From Kagunavirus BCH953P1: a stretch of 44,101 nt of DNA. The stretch lies in the sequence record OZ035805.1. One strand, given 5' to 3'. The notes beneath the pieces are model-generated. The model was not told where the DNA came from. It worked only from the letters and a program-made list of their open reading frames with translations, and searched no databases. This document shows, one piece after another, positions 27,013 through 36,098 of the stretch. The position numbers and the translations under genes were made by a program. Position 1 is the first letter of the stretch; every line of letters starts with the position of its first letter.

Positions 27013-29203
27013 AACGCTTCATCTCCGCACCTTCTGCCACAAGAGGGAACCCCTCGGCCCAATCAGGTAATTCGCACATTAATTTCTCCAGTTCGGCCAC
27101 CGTGTACTCGGGGGTGTCCGGAGTTTCGCACACCAGTTCATCGTGTACAGAAAGCACGATGGGATACCCGCCACCCTCAACATTAATCATTGCATATGCG
27201 AGTAAATCACGGCACAGCGCCTGAACAATGTTTTCGCAGGCTTTTCCGCCGTGGGTATACAGGGTAGTCCATTGTCGGGTTAACTGGTTTTCACCCTGAT
27301 ACTTGATTCGCACATTCGTGTTTACCCGTCCGTCTTCGTCTGTTTCCTTTGTCACGCTAACTCCGATTCCCGGATACGAGAGGATGCGACCTGACGGCAA
27401 CTCCATACATAACCACCAACCGGGAACCTTCCTACCGGATGAATCAAATTCTACTGTTCTCCAGATTCGGATAGCGCGCTCGCCATTCTTGCGCAGATGT
27501 GCCCCCGCCCAAAATTCACGACCCGGATTTCTTACAGCGGCTAAAATACCGTCTTTGAGGTCGCGCCAGAACGCTACTGTTTCCGGGTGTGACTCGCGCC
27601 ACATACGCTTGATTGCGTCGCAGGTGCGCCACACTTTCTTGTCCAGAATATACGATGGTCGGTCATCCTTCTCACCTGGATGCGGGGGGCGCTTGGCTTC
27701 CTGAATACGCGCCCACTCATACCCACGTGCGGTAGCAGCCCATATGTGGTCAGGGAATGTACCGTCCATTGTTTTAGTCATCTCAATAAGGTCGAGGCCT
27801 AAGTTTTTGGCGAACGTAACGAACGCTCCTACACCCCCCTCATAGCCGAGGCCAAGCTCGCAGGCCTTGCCTATCTGTCTGATTTCCTTGAAGTTTTTCT
27901 TAATATCATCTGGGTCCATGCCGAACATCTTACCCGCGGTTACGCAGTAAATATCAAGGCCGGCGCGGAACGTATCGAGCGCGGTTTCTTCACCGGCCAG
28001 CCACGCTAAACCGCGACCTTCGACGTTAGAATAATCGGCAACAACAAACTTATGTCCTGCTTCCGGTATGATGCAGCTACGCACCGTCGATGCCGTCAGC
28101 TTGGCCACGTCGAAACGGCGGTGCGCGCGGCCTTTAAGTAGCGCAGAAATGCCTTTATCCAGTTCATCATCGTGATAGTACCCGCGCGCCAGGTTCTGCG
28201 GCTGGAAGCCTTTACCTGCCCATCGCAGAGTACGTTTTGCCCCGCCGTACTGTAAACACCCCCGACGGCGGTCGTCCGAAGAGCGGCCTAACAACAGCGG
28301 GTTATATTTCGTTGATGCGGTGGACGCGGCCCCGAGGCGCATTTCGATAATCGTGCGAGCGTCATCCGGTAAATCATCGTCAGCCAGCAGGTCGTTAAGC
28401 GTCGACTTCTGTGCGTTATGGATGCGGTGGGCAGGGGCCAGTTCGCGCAGAATCGGCAGGAAGTCTTTACCGGTTAGCGAGCCGCCGTATTTGCGCTGGG
28501 CTTCCTCCTGCAACTGCGCCTTGTGCTTCTCTACGGCTTCAATCGCGGCTTCCGCCAGTGCCACGTCAACCTTAAACCCGCGGTCGTTGATTAACTGGTC
28601 CAGTTCCAGTACGCGGTCCTCGAACTCGGAGTTCCCCCAACGCGGCAGCTTATGGAACACTTCTCGCATCGCGGTGATGTCGCTGACGGCGTACTTGATG
28701 AACAGCGCCCACTCATCAGGGTGTGTTTCGGCGGTGTAGCGGCGGATTTTGTAGTTCTTCGGCGTAGGTTTTGAGAAACGCTGAATCAGCGCCTTGCCGC
28801 GTTTATCTTTCGCGTTGTCTGCAGATACGCCCAGCACTTCGCATAATGCGTCAAGTGAACCAGGCAGCGCGTGACGAAACGCCAAAATCATCGTATCAAT
28901 GGTGTTACTGACCGGGATATCGAAGCCCCAGCAGTGTTTCATGATAAGGCGATCGAAAAGTCCACCGTTGTGCCACACCATCTTGATGCGGCTGTTTGGC
29001 TTAACCAGACGGCGTAACGCGCGGTGCAAATCGCCCGGCATGTCGCTGCCGTCGGTGCAATCCCATACCTGCACCGGCTCGTCGTCAAAAGCATAGGTAC
29101 AGATAAGCACTTCGGTAGTTGGGTGTTCAGCGTAGGCGTAGGAACCGACTTTCTTTAAATTGGCTTCGGAGAATGTTTCAAAGTCTAAGAACAGGTAACT
29201 CAT
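27002..29203 (-). CDS. DNA polymerase, family A, with 3'-5' exonuclease domain
   Basis: 733 aa; exo motif LFLDFETFS; pol motifs KEIRQIGKACELGLGYEGG and SVHDELVCE. Confidence 0.9.
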   Translation of the reverse strand: MSYLFLDFETFSEANLKKVGSYAYAEHPTTEVLICTYAFDDEPVQVWDCTDGSDMPGDLHRALRRLVKPNSRIKMVWHNGGLFDRLIMKHCWGFDIPVSNTIDTMILAFRHALPGSLDALCEVLGVSADNAKDKRGKALIQRFSKPTPKNYKIRRYTAETHPDEWALFIKYAVSDITAMREVFHKLPRWGNSEFEDRVLELDQLINDRGFKVDVALAEAAIEAVEKHKAQLQEEAQRKYGGSLTGKDFLPILRELAPAHRIHNAQKSTLNDLLADDDLPDDARTIIEMRLGAASTASTKYNPLLLGRSSDDRRRGCLQYGGAKRTLRWAGKGFQPQNLARGYYHDDELDKGISALLKGRAHRRFDVAKLTASTVRSCIIPEAGHKFVVADYSNVEGRGLAWLAGEETALDTFRAGLDIYCVTAGKMFGMDPDDIKKNFKEIRQIGKACELGLGYEGGVGAFVTFAKNLGLDLIEMTKTMDGTFPDHIWAATARGYEWARIQEAKRPPHPGEKDDRPSYILDKKVWRTCDAIKRMWRESHPETVAFWRDLKDGILAAVRNPGREFWAGAHLRKNGERAIRIWRTVEFDSSGRKVPGWWLCMELPSGRILSYPGIGVSVTKETDEDGRVNTNVRIKYQGENQLTRQWTTLYTHGGKACENIVQALCRDLLAYAMINVEGGGYPIVLSVHDELVCETPDTPEYTVAELEKLMCELPDWAEGFPLVAEGAEMKRYAK

Positions 29204-29262
29204 TATTTTCGACCCTTAGTAAAAAGGCCCAATGAAGGGCCTTAGTTAAATTGATTCGGATA

Positions 29263-29886
29263 TTAGCGGCGACGACGTTCGCGGCGCGGTGCTTCATCTT
29301 CGTCGTCTTCGAGGTCATCGACACTTGCAGCAACTTTAGAGCCACCGAACGCTTTACCTTCGCCTACGTATTTAATCGCCAGCAGGTTAACACCGAGAAC
29401 TTTGTATTTCTGGCTGAACCAAATTTCAACGCTTACGTTAGCGACGCAGCCGCTGTAAACCTGTTCACCTTCAATCTGTTCGCCGTCTACATTGAAGTCC
29501 TGCTCTACCTGAGTCTCGCCTTTTTTAGAGGTTACAATCAGCGGTTGTTTCTGTGCCTTCGCTTTGAAGTAGAAGCCTTCCGGGAAGTCTTCAAACGGAT
29601 TGTCGCGTTCGGCAATGTCTTTAATCGCACATTTATCCATGTGCTTACCTTCGCCGTAGTTGGACTTCATCCACTTCTCAGCGGCCGCTGCGCCTAATGC
29701 TTCTTCAACTACAGCGTAAACAGTGTCGTAGAGCGCGTCGATTTGAGCATGGTCAGACGGCAGGATAATCGTCGCGCTGTACTGGCCTTTAGTGATTGAG
29801 CCATCATCGTTTTCACGGTCTTTTTCGCGTTCGAATACGTTAACCCAAGCAGTGTTTACTTTACGCAGATTCAGTTTAATACCCAT
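29263..29886 (-). CDS. DUF2815-like protein (putative ssDNA-binding)
   Basis: 207 aa; N-terminal LRKVNTAWVNVFE pattern; adjacent to DUF2800-like and polymerase genes. Confidence 0.6.
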   Translation of the reverse strand: MGIKLNLRKVNTAWVNVFEREKDRENDDGSITKGQYSATIILPSDHAQIDALYDTVYAVVEEALGAAAAEKWMKSNYGEGKHMDKCAIKDIAERDNPFEDFPEGFYFKAKAQKQPLIVTSKKGETQVEQDFNVDGEQIEGEQVYSGCVANVSVEIWFSQKYKVLGVNLLAIKYVGEGKAFGGSKVAASVDDLEDDEDEAPRRERRRR

Positions 29887-29953
29887 CTTGATTTCTCGCT
29901 TTTCAGTTTATATTTCAAAGTTTACTCCGGGAGCTGCCCGGCCAGTGATTAGA

Positions 29954-29982
29954 ACTATAATAGCTAACTATTCAGGTGTCAA
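29954..29982 (-). promoter_or_regulatory. sigma70-type promoter TTGACA-17-TATAGT with AATAG-N4-CTATT palindrome
   Basis: -35 at 29977-29982 and -10 at 29954-29959 on minus strand; palindrome 29959-29972. Confidence 0.6.
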
Positions 29983-29986
29983 CACT

Positions 29987-30160
29987 TTATTTAAGTTTCT
30001 TCGGAGCTACCTTATAAATATAAGGCTGCACCGCCTCATGCTTTGAGTTCTTCTCTTGCGCAATTTTGTCGGCGTCGGCGCGTTTAGCGTGAACAGAAAC
30101 AATGTCAAGTTCCTGAATAGAGTATCGGCGGTGATACCGCGTGAGAATATAAACCATCAT
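29987..30160 (-). CDS. hypothetical small protein
   Basis: 57 aa from ATG at 30160; GGAGGA SD 6 nt upstream lies in the 3' end of the upstream gene; ATGA overlap. Confidence 0.45.
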   Translation of the reverse strand: MMVYILTRYHRRYSIQELDIVSVHAKRADADKIAQEKNSKHEAVQPYIYKVAPKKLK

Positions 30161-31398
30161 TCTAAATCCTCCTCTGTTACCTGATTCCACTCAGGCCGTT
30201 TGTCGTCTGCCGCGGCGACGCATGGCGCTCCCGGCTTGCGGGTAATGAAGTCTTTCAGTTCTTCTTCTGGTATTACTTTAACCGCTTCGGTAGGCGTCAT
30301 GAGCACTTCTTTAGTCAGCTTGTCGCCGTAGAGTTCTGCAACTTTCTCGGCGTCTTTCCACGCACGATTACCCGGCCGACCTTCAACCAGTTTGTACCCC
30401 GGCACTTTCTTACCGGAATGCAACGCGGCAGCCATAGCTTTCTCAACCTTGTCGATGTGCTGGCGCAACAACGGCAGCTTCTCATACTCGGCGACGAGTT
30501 GCTCTGGCGTCAATTCCAGCGCAAAGTCGTCCTCAAGTTCTTCCGCCAGTACCGCGTTAACGGTTTTTGTACGCGCGGCGCACTGTTCGGAGAACCGACA
30601 CCACTGGCAACCATCTACTGACGGCTTGAAGTCCGACGCTTTCAGGTTCTTCTTGCCACGGAAATACGCATCAAGAGCTAACAGCGCACGTTTCTGTGCA
30701 AACTTAGCGAACAGTTCCAGACCTTCAACCGAGATGCCCCACTCTGACGCACCGCCAGCATACGGCTGGAAGATGACAAGACGAACAACTGTGATGTTAT
30801 ATCGTCTCTTGAGTCGACGATAAACACCGAGAGCGTAGAGCATAAGCTGCTTGTTTTCTTTCGCTTCGACACGATGTCGCCCTGTTTTCAGGTCGCCGAT
30901 AATTAGCATATGCTCGTCGGTGTTCGCCAGTTCCTGTACGGCAACAAGGTCGGCGGTTCCGAACGTCTCGACACCTTCATAACCCGGATGCAACACCTCA
31001 GTAAGATTGACACGCATTTCCAGCTTGGCGTAAGTAGCGACGTCAATAATCGCCTTACAGTAGTCGGTGTACTTTCGCACCTGCTCAATCATGTCAGCCG
31101 TAATCAGCACCGCGCCTTTCATCGGGCTGATTAGCGCCTTAATCTGGCCTTTACCCTCATCCAGCACGTAAGCACCGACTTCGCGCTCTAACGGCAGTGC
31201 AGTGCCTTTTATGTACTGGTTTAAATGTACCTCAGCTATGGTGTGGCACGCTGTCCCCGTAACGGCGGATTTACCCGACGTGTTAGGAATATCTTTTTCA
31301 CAGGCCAGTGATGCAGCGCATGACAGCCATTTTTTAGCACCTGACGGTGACAACAGCGCGTGCACATCGTTATTGCCCCTGCGTTCTTTTAATTTCAT
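30157..31398 (-). CDS. DUF2800-like PD-(D/E)XK-type nuclease
   Basis: 413 aa; N-terminal HALLSPSGAKKWLSC pattern; genomic association with DUF2815-like and polymerase genes. Confidence 0.65.
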   Translation of the reverse strand: MKLKERRGNNDVHALLSPSGAKKWLSCAASLACEKDIPNTSGKSAVTGTACHTIAEVHLNQYIKGTALPLEREVGAYVLDEGKGQIKALISPMKGAVLITADMIEQVRKYTDYCKAIIDVATYAKLEMRVNLTEVLHPGYEGVETFGTADLVAVQELANTDEHMLIIGDLKTGRHRVEAKENKQLMLYALGVYRRLKRRYNITVVRLVIFQPYAGGASEWGISVEGLELFAKFAQKRALLALDAYFRGKKNLKASDFKPSVDGCQWCRFSEQCAARTKTVNAVLAEELEDDFALELTPEQLVAEYEKLPLLRQHIDKVEKAMAAALHSGKKVPGYKLVEGRPGNRAWKDAEKVAELYGDKLTKEVLMTPTEAVKVIPEEELKDFITRKPGAPCVAAADDKRPEWNQVTEEDLE

Positions 31399-31889
31399 CT
31401 TTTAACCCCATGATTTTTGTGGAACCCGTAAATCTCTTCTGCTTTCTTTCTAACGTTTACCGCATCGTCGAAGCTGTCGAAGTATCCTAAATGCTTCAAT
31501 ACCTTGTTTATTTTTATACTTGCCCGCCATCTACCGCGCCTACGGCACCATGAAACTCCGGTCACACCTGACGTATTTAGCGACGACATTCCAGAATTAC
31601 GCCGGTTTCCTAGACTGTCAACTTTACGAAGATTAGATATGCGATTATTCCTTCTGTCATGGTCTATATGGTCAATCTGGTCGCCGCTACTTAAAACATC
31701 ATTAGGATTACAAAGTTCCCATATAACACGGTGCACTTTATAGACCTTACCTAACACTTGTACCTGTTTATAGCCGTGAACATCATTCGACCCCGCCTCT
31801 TGGCCTACCTTTACCTTATCCGAAGGGCTTATCTTCCAAAATAATTTACCGGTATCAGGGTCATAGTCAAAAACTTCATGCCAATTCAT
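31395..31889 (-). CDS. HNH endonuclease with AP2-like domain (homing endonuclease-like)
   Basis: HNH-like DHIDHDRRNNRISNLR and AP2-like GVTGVSW...RWRASI segments; first ATG with GGGAG SD (the longer ORF starts with TTG). Confidence 0.65.
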   Translation of the reverse strand: MNWHEVFDYDPDTGKLFWKISPSDKVKVGQEAGSNDVHGYKQVQVLGKVYKVHRVIWELCNPNDVLSSGDQIDHIDHDRRNNRISNLRKVDSLGNRRNSGMSSLNTSGVTGVSWCRRRGRWRASIKINKVLKHLGYFDSFDDAVNVRKKAEEIYGFHKNHGVKR

Positions 31890-32158
31890 ACTCTGTTCTC
31901 CCACTGGTCGATTAAATGTCTGGTCCGGTGATGACAATGCATAGCCCAGCCATACATCGACTCGAAGACATAAAAGTCAGGCTTGGCGAATGTCGTGCGC
32001 TTAATCTGCGACAAGTGACGGCCTATATCTTTAGGCCGTGGCACTTTGCCTAAGTACGCCATCTCTTCCATCTGGTGCGCACCGGATGGCGCACGCAATA
32101 GCCATAGCGCCTCTGTGCTATCCCGCCGGTCTACGGCTCGGTAGAGTTGGTAAATCAT
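31886..32158 (-). CDS. hypothetical protein
   Basis: 90 aa; stop overlaps HNH start. Confidence 0.45.
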   Translation of the reverse strand: MIYQLYRAVDRRDSTEALWLLRAPSGAHQMEEMAYLGKVPRPKDIGRHLSQIKRTTFAKPDFYVFESMYGWAMHCHHRTRHLIDQWENRV

Positions 32159-32201
32159 AATTATGACCCCTCAGTTAAAGCGGCCCTAAGGCCGCCGATA
32201 A

Positions 32202-32672
32202 TTATTCTTCTTCGAAATACTTGTTCTTGATTGCCGTCAGGCGTTCCAGGTACTCGGCCAGGTCTTCGTCTTTAATCGCGGCAATCTTCATCTTCTTACC
32301 GGTGAACTCTTCCAGCAGTTCATCGGAATCGTCGCACGCGGCATCGCTTGGACCTTCGTTAATCGCATCGTCGATAGCCTGAATCTGGTCGCGCAGAGAC
32401 TGGTAATCAACCTCTTCTTTCTCTTCTTCCGGCTCTGGCGTAGATTCTTCAACTTTAGCTTTACGCTGCTTGCGTTTCGGCTTCTCTTCTTCCGCCGGTT
32501 TAGTGTCGACGATGTCTTCACCTTCGACCGGGATTTCTTTTGTTGCTTCTTTTGCATCAGTAGGCTCGATTGTTGCAGTTTCGGCAACGACAACTTGTTT
32601 CGCGCTATTCGCCGCAATCAGTTCATGGGCAACTACGAAACGTTCCAGTAATTTTAAGAATTGTTCTAACAT
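32202..32672 (-). CDS. highly acidic early protein
   Basis: 156 aa, roughly 30 percent D+E; first gene after a consensus promoter; GAGGAG SD. Confidence 0.6.
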   Translation of the reverse strand: MLEQFLKLLERFVVAHELIAANSAKQVVVAETATIEPTDAKEATKEIPVEGEDIVDTKPAEEEKPKRKQRKAKVEESTPEPEEEKEEVDYQSLRDQIQAIDDAINEGPSDAACDDSDELLEEFTGKKMKIAAIKDEDLAEYLERLTAIKNKYFEEE

Positions 32673-32703
32673 TTGTTTCTCTCCTCTCGTTTGGTATGGG
32701 CTA

Positions 32704-32733
32704 ACTATAATAGCGAACTATTCATGTTGTCAA
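32704..32733 (-). promoter_or_regulatory. sigma70-type promoter TTGACA-18-TATAGT with AATAG-N4-CTATT palindrome
   Basis: -35 at 32728-32733 and -10 at 32704-32709 on minus strand; palindrome 32709-32722; divergent from HTH gene. Confidence 0.55.
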
Positions 32734-32797
32734 TGGGCTTTTCTAAAATAATTAATATGGTACTATTCACATATCAACTGACTAAGGAGTAATTGAC

Positions 32798-33013
32798 ATG
32801 CAACCATCTGAACTAGGCATCCGTGTAGAACAACGCCGTAAAGAACTCGGTATCTCCCAGCGCCGTCTGGCTGTTCTGGCTGGCGTTTCACAGGGCGCGA
32901 TTAACCAGCTGGCACTTGGGGTAACTCAGGACGTCCGCCCGGCGACGCTGTTTAAACTGGCGGAAGTGCTGGAAGTAGACGCCAAGTGGCTGGCGTTCGG
33001 TGAAGGGGCTTAA
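32798..33013 (+). CDS. XRE/Cro-type HTH transcriptional regulator
   Basis: 71 aa; HTH GISQRRLAVLAGVSQGAINQL; AAGGAG SD; divergent from early promoter. Confidence 0.75.
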   Translation: MQPSELGIRVEQRRKELGISQRRLAVLAGVSQGAINQLALGVTQDVRPATLFKLAEVLEVDAKWLAFGEGA

Positions 33014-33030
33014 CGCCCCTTTCTTTTTAT
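33003..33030 (+). terminator. rho-independent terminator
   Basis: stem GGGGC / GCCCC with TTAAC loop followed by TTTCTTTTTAT; overlaps stop of HTH gene. Confidence 0.6.
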
Positions 33031-33341
33031 ATCAACTCATCGAGTTCTTCCAAATTCTTAATCGTGTGTTGCACGTTCAGGTACTGAATCCACGCAAGAA
33101 GCCATACGCTTACAGGAAAACTTATTACAATAGCTATCGCGGTAATCAACTTGAAAAGGCACTTTATAATCTCCGCCAGTGTCATATCCAAAATGTCTTT
33201 AAACTCCGCAAAAATACCCGCTGTATACACACAAAAAGTCCACCAGTGGCCGCTTACCGCGGAAACACATGTCAGGTATGACGGGCGGTATCCTGCCCTC
33301 ACTGCTCTAAACGGATTATCTATAAAATCGTAAATATTCAT
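33027..33341 (-). CDS. hypothetical membrane protein
   Basis: 104 aa with hydrophobic segments; ATGA overlap with primase stop. Confidence 0.5.
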   Translation of the reverse strand: MNIYDFIDNPFRAVRAGYRPSYLTCVSAVSGHWWTFCVYTAGIFAEFKDILDMTLAEIIKCLFKLITAIAIVISFPVSVWLLAWIQYLNVQHTIKNLEELDELI

Positions 33342-35578
33342 TCCAAATCCTCTTCTGTCACTATCAGCATCTCATTCGGTTCGTATATTGTCTTTGGCCT
33401 TAATCTGTCGCCCATCTTTTCGGGTATCCGGTAGGTACCGGGGATAACTTCACCGTTAACATCACACCCTAACATCAACTCACCGTCTTTCAGCATCTTC
33501 TCGAGATGGTGGTTGGTGATGGCGTGGTCTCCCGAGTTCGCTACTATCTGCCGTTGGGTAAAACCTCGTCCGGTGTCGTCGGACTGTTGCAGGTCTTCCA
33601 GCGCGGCGAGTATTGATTCCTTACGCCCTTCATCCTTCCCGCGTTTTACAGCATTCTTTACGTTTTCTTTACCTTCTTTCGTCAGCCCTTCTTCCCGCTC
33701 TTTCTCCTCGTCAGTCTTGAACGGCTCGAAACCCCACGGCATCAGCACAAGCGCCTTATGTGGTTCCGGCAGGTCCAGGTTTACGATTGGGCCGTATTCC
33801 TCTGTGCTACCGACGAACTCAACCGCGCGGTATTCTTTCGGCGGCGGTGCTTCACGGAACTGTACCGACTCCAGCACCATGCCAACCGTCTTCTGTTGAG
33901 GCCCGTGCTTAAATTTAGAGTGGTATACGTTTATCTGACGGTCGGTCGCGCGTTCGATTGTCAGTTCCACGTCGACCCCAGCATACAGAGCGCCACTACC
34001 ACGGGCTTTTTTTCCGCCCTTCGGCGTATGGTGAACGACGCCCACCGCGGCTTTAGTCGCATCGCGTACTTTTTTAAGGATAGCGATGACTTTACCCATA
34101 CCGATTGCCGTTGATGAACTGTTCTCGTCGAACTTATCAATCGTCAGGGCCAGCGTCTGGTTGAGGGTGTCGAACGCGACCATGCCAATAGGTTCGTCGC
34201 CGGCAGTTTCGCGCATTAGCTTAATCAGGCTTTTCAGCTTTCCGACTTCGCCCATATCGATGACGTGTACATAATCTTTACCATCTGCGCCGTATTTAGC
34301 CGCGAGTGCATCAATACGTGTGCGTGTGGCCGCCCCGCCCTCGCCATCAATATAGAAATGGTGGCAACGCTGGGTATCTGCCCCTGCAAACCGGTATCCG
34401 GCGGCACTAAGGTACATCATCCCCAGCGTATAAAACGATTTGTACGTGCCAGATTCCCCGACAATATCCCATATACAATCCGACGGCATGTACCCTTCAA
34501 CGACGAAATCAGCCTTTACCGGTTCCGGTAGCTCGTCCTCCTCTGAGTCCTCGCCGTCTTCCAGGTCGTCGAGGCTACACGAAACAGATTCACGCGCGCC
34601 CCATCCGATTGCCTCAGCGACTTCACTGAACGGCAGACCGGTAGCATCGCACGCATACTTCCACACCTCCTTCGGTGACATGCCCTCGGTTGCCGTGATG
34701 TCGGTGTCGTGAATCATGGTTACGTTCGGCGCTTCGTATCCCTCGCGCGGGAAGCATAGCAGGAAGTCGTCCGGGCGCGGCGTCGGGTCGCTGTAGTTTT
34801 CTGCGTGTTCCGGTGTAGCTGGCATCTTCAGGCCGCGCGGCGTCATGATACCGCCGTACTCGAACGCCAGGGCTTCGAACGCATCGGTAAACGCTGTGCG
34901 CAGTTCTTCCGGTATCAGGTAATCTGATGCGCGGCTCACCTCGTAGTCCGGTACGCCTTCCAGTAACTCATCAGGGCCAATCAGGTCGTTGCGGCGCGAC
35001 CAGATAACGGTAGCGCCGACAGGGGGCAAGTACATCGGCTGCGAAAGAGTGAACCCGCTGCGGTCGGCACCCATGCCTTTGAAGAAGTGCTCCAGCAATC
35101 CATGACGAACACGGATGATGTCACCACCTTCTACCGGGCGGCCCAGTGGCATGACGACGCGAAAGCGCGGTGACTCATCGGTATGGGATGCCGTGGTATA
35201 GAGGCACATCGCCCGCCGGCTGCGCTTAACCAGGCGCACCGCTTCCTGGTACTCTTCCGGTGTTGCACTATCAAAGTCCAGGTACGCCAGCGACGATTTG
35301 CGTACAGACGCGTCACAGCGATAGAAAAATCCTTTACGCGCTTGCTTAAAGTCACCGGTTTCCGGGTCTTTTACGGTGCTGTGCGTAGAATCGCACGCGG
35401 CAGTAATATAGCCCGGCGCGGTCTTCGGATTAATCCCGTCACGAACGGCATCGAGCGGCTGGATTAACTCTTTCAGGTCGTCCAGTGTTGCCGTGTGAGT
35501 GGTTCTGACGTTTATATCCTTTTTCTCTGCCCGCGCGTTGCGACGAGACCACGAGTAGGATAAAATTACATCGGACAT
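33338..35578 (-). CDS. primase-polymerase / RecA-like helicase fusion protein
   Basis: 746 aa; N-terminal prim-pol-like region, C-terminal Walker A (GESGTYKS) and RecA-like ATPase core. Confidence 0.75.
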   Translation of the reverse strand: MSDVILSYSWSRRNARAEKKDINVRTTHTATLDDLKELIQPLDAVRDGINPKTAPGYITAACDSTHSTVKDPETGDFKQARKGFFYRCDASVRKSSLAYLDFDSATPEEYQEAVRLVKRSRRAMCLYTTASHTDESPRFRVVMPLGRPVEGGDIIRVRHGLLEHFFKGMGADRSGFTLSQPMYLPPVGATVIWSRRNDLIGPDELLEGVPDYEVSRASDYLIPEELRTAFTDAFEALAFEYGGIMTPRGLKMPATPEHAENYSDPTPRPDDFLLCFPREGYEAPNVTMIHDTDITATEGMSPKEVWKYACDATGLPFSEVAEAIGWGARESVSCSLDDLEDGEDSEEDELPEPVKADFVVEGYMPSDCIWDIVGESGTYKSFYTLGMMYLSAAGYRFAGADTQRCHHFYIDGEGGAATRTRIDALAAKYGADGKDYVHVIDMGEVGKLKSLIKLMRETAGDEPIGMVAFDTLNQTLALTIDKFDENSSSTAIGMGKVIAILKKVRDATKAAVGVVHHTPKGGKKARGSGALYAGVDVELTIERATDRQINVYHSKFKHGPQQKTVGMVLESVQFREAPPPKEYRAVEFVGSTEEYGPIVNLDLPEPHKALVLMPWGFEPFKTDEEKEREEGLTKEGKENVKNAVKRGKDEGRKESILAALEDLQQSDDTGRGFTQRQIVANSGDHAITNHHLEKMLKDGELMLGCDVNGEVIPGTYRIPEKMGDRLRPKTIYEPNEMLIVTEEDLE

Positions 35579-35636
35579 ATTGTATATTCCTTCAGCAAGT
35601 AATTTGGCCTCGGCGCTCTAACGTCGGGGCTTTCTT

Positions 35637-35870
35637 TTATTCCAGGTCTTCTAAAGTAGCGGCCATTCCGCGAACTTCAGCAACAGCACTATATTTCCCA
35701 CCAACATTTTTCACGACACCAGATTTAACCAGCACCTTCAACGACCCTTCAATAATGGCGGAACTATAGTACCTAAAATAACTACGGCGCAAGTCGATAA
35801 CGCTGCACGACCCTTTTTTACGTGTTAACGAAACGACTGCCGTGAATACGCGTGACTGGAACTCGGTCAT
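35637..35870 (-). CDS. hypothetical protein
   Basis: 77 aa; upstream of primase gene in same operon. Confidence 0.5.
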   Translation of the reverse strand: MTEFQSRVFTAVVSLTRKKGSCSVIDLRRSYFRYYSSAIIEGSLKVLVKSGVVKNVGGKYSAVAEVRGMAATLEDLE

Positions 35871-36037
35871 TTCACATTCTCCTTAATCCACGCTTCCACT
35901 TTCTCCGGGTCAAACGTACCCGGCTGACGGCGGCCCATAATGCGGATACAACAATCCGGGAACTTCCCGCTCTTTAGCCAGTTATTCAGTGTGCGACGAG
36001 TAACCCCGATACGCTCTGCAACCTCATTCTGTGTCAT
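35867..36037 (-). CDS. AlpA/excisionase-like HTH regulator
   Basis: 56 aa from first ATG; MTQNEVAERIGVTRRTLNNWLKSGKFP is an AlpA-type HTH; first gene of the leftward operon. Confidence 0.6.
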   Translation of the reverse strand: MTQNEVAERIGVTRRTLNNWLKSGKFPDCCIRIMGRRQPGTFDPEKVEAWIKENVK

Positions 36038-36069
36038 TCTCAAACCCTCAGTATCAGTTAACGAAACCA

Positions 36070-36098
36070 AGTATACATTGCGAATAATGGGAAATCAA
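36070..36098 (-). promoter_or_regulatory. putative promoter TTGATT-17-TATACT
   Basis: -35 at 36093-36098 and -10 at 36070-36075 on minus strand; about 30 nt upstream of the AlpA-like gene. Confidence 0.45.
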
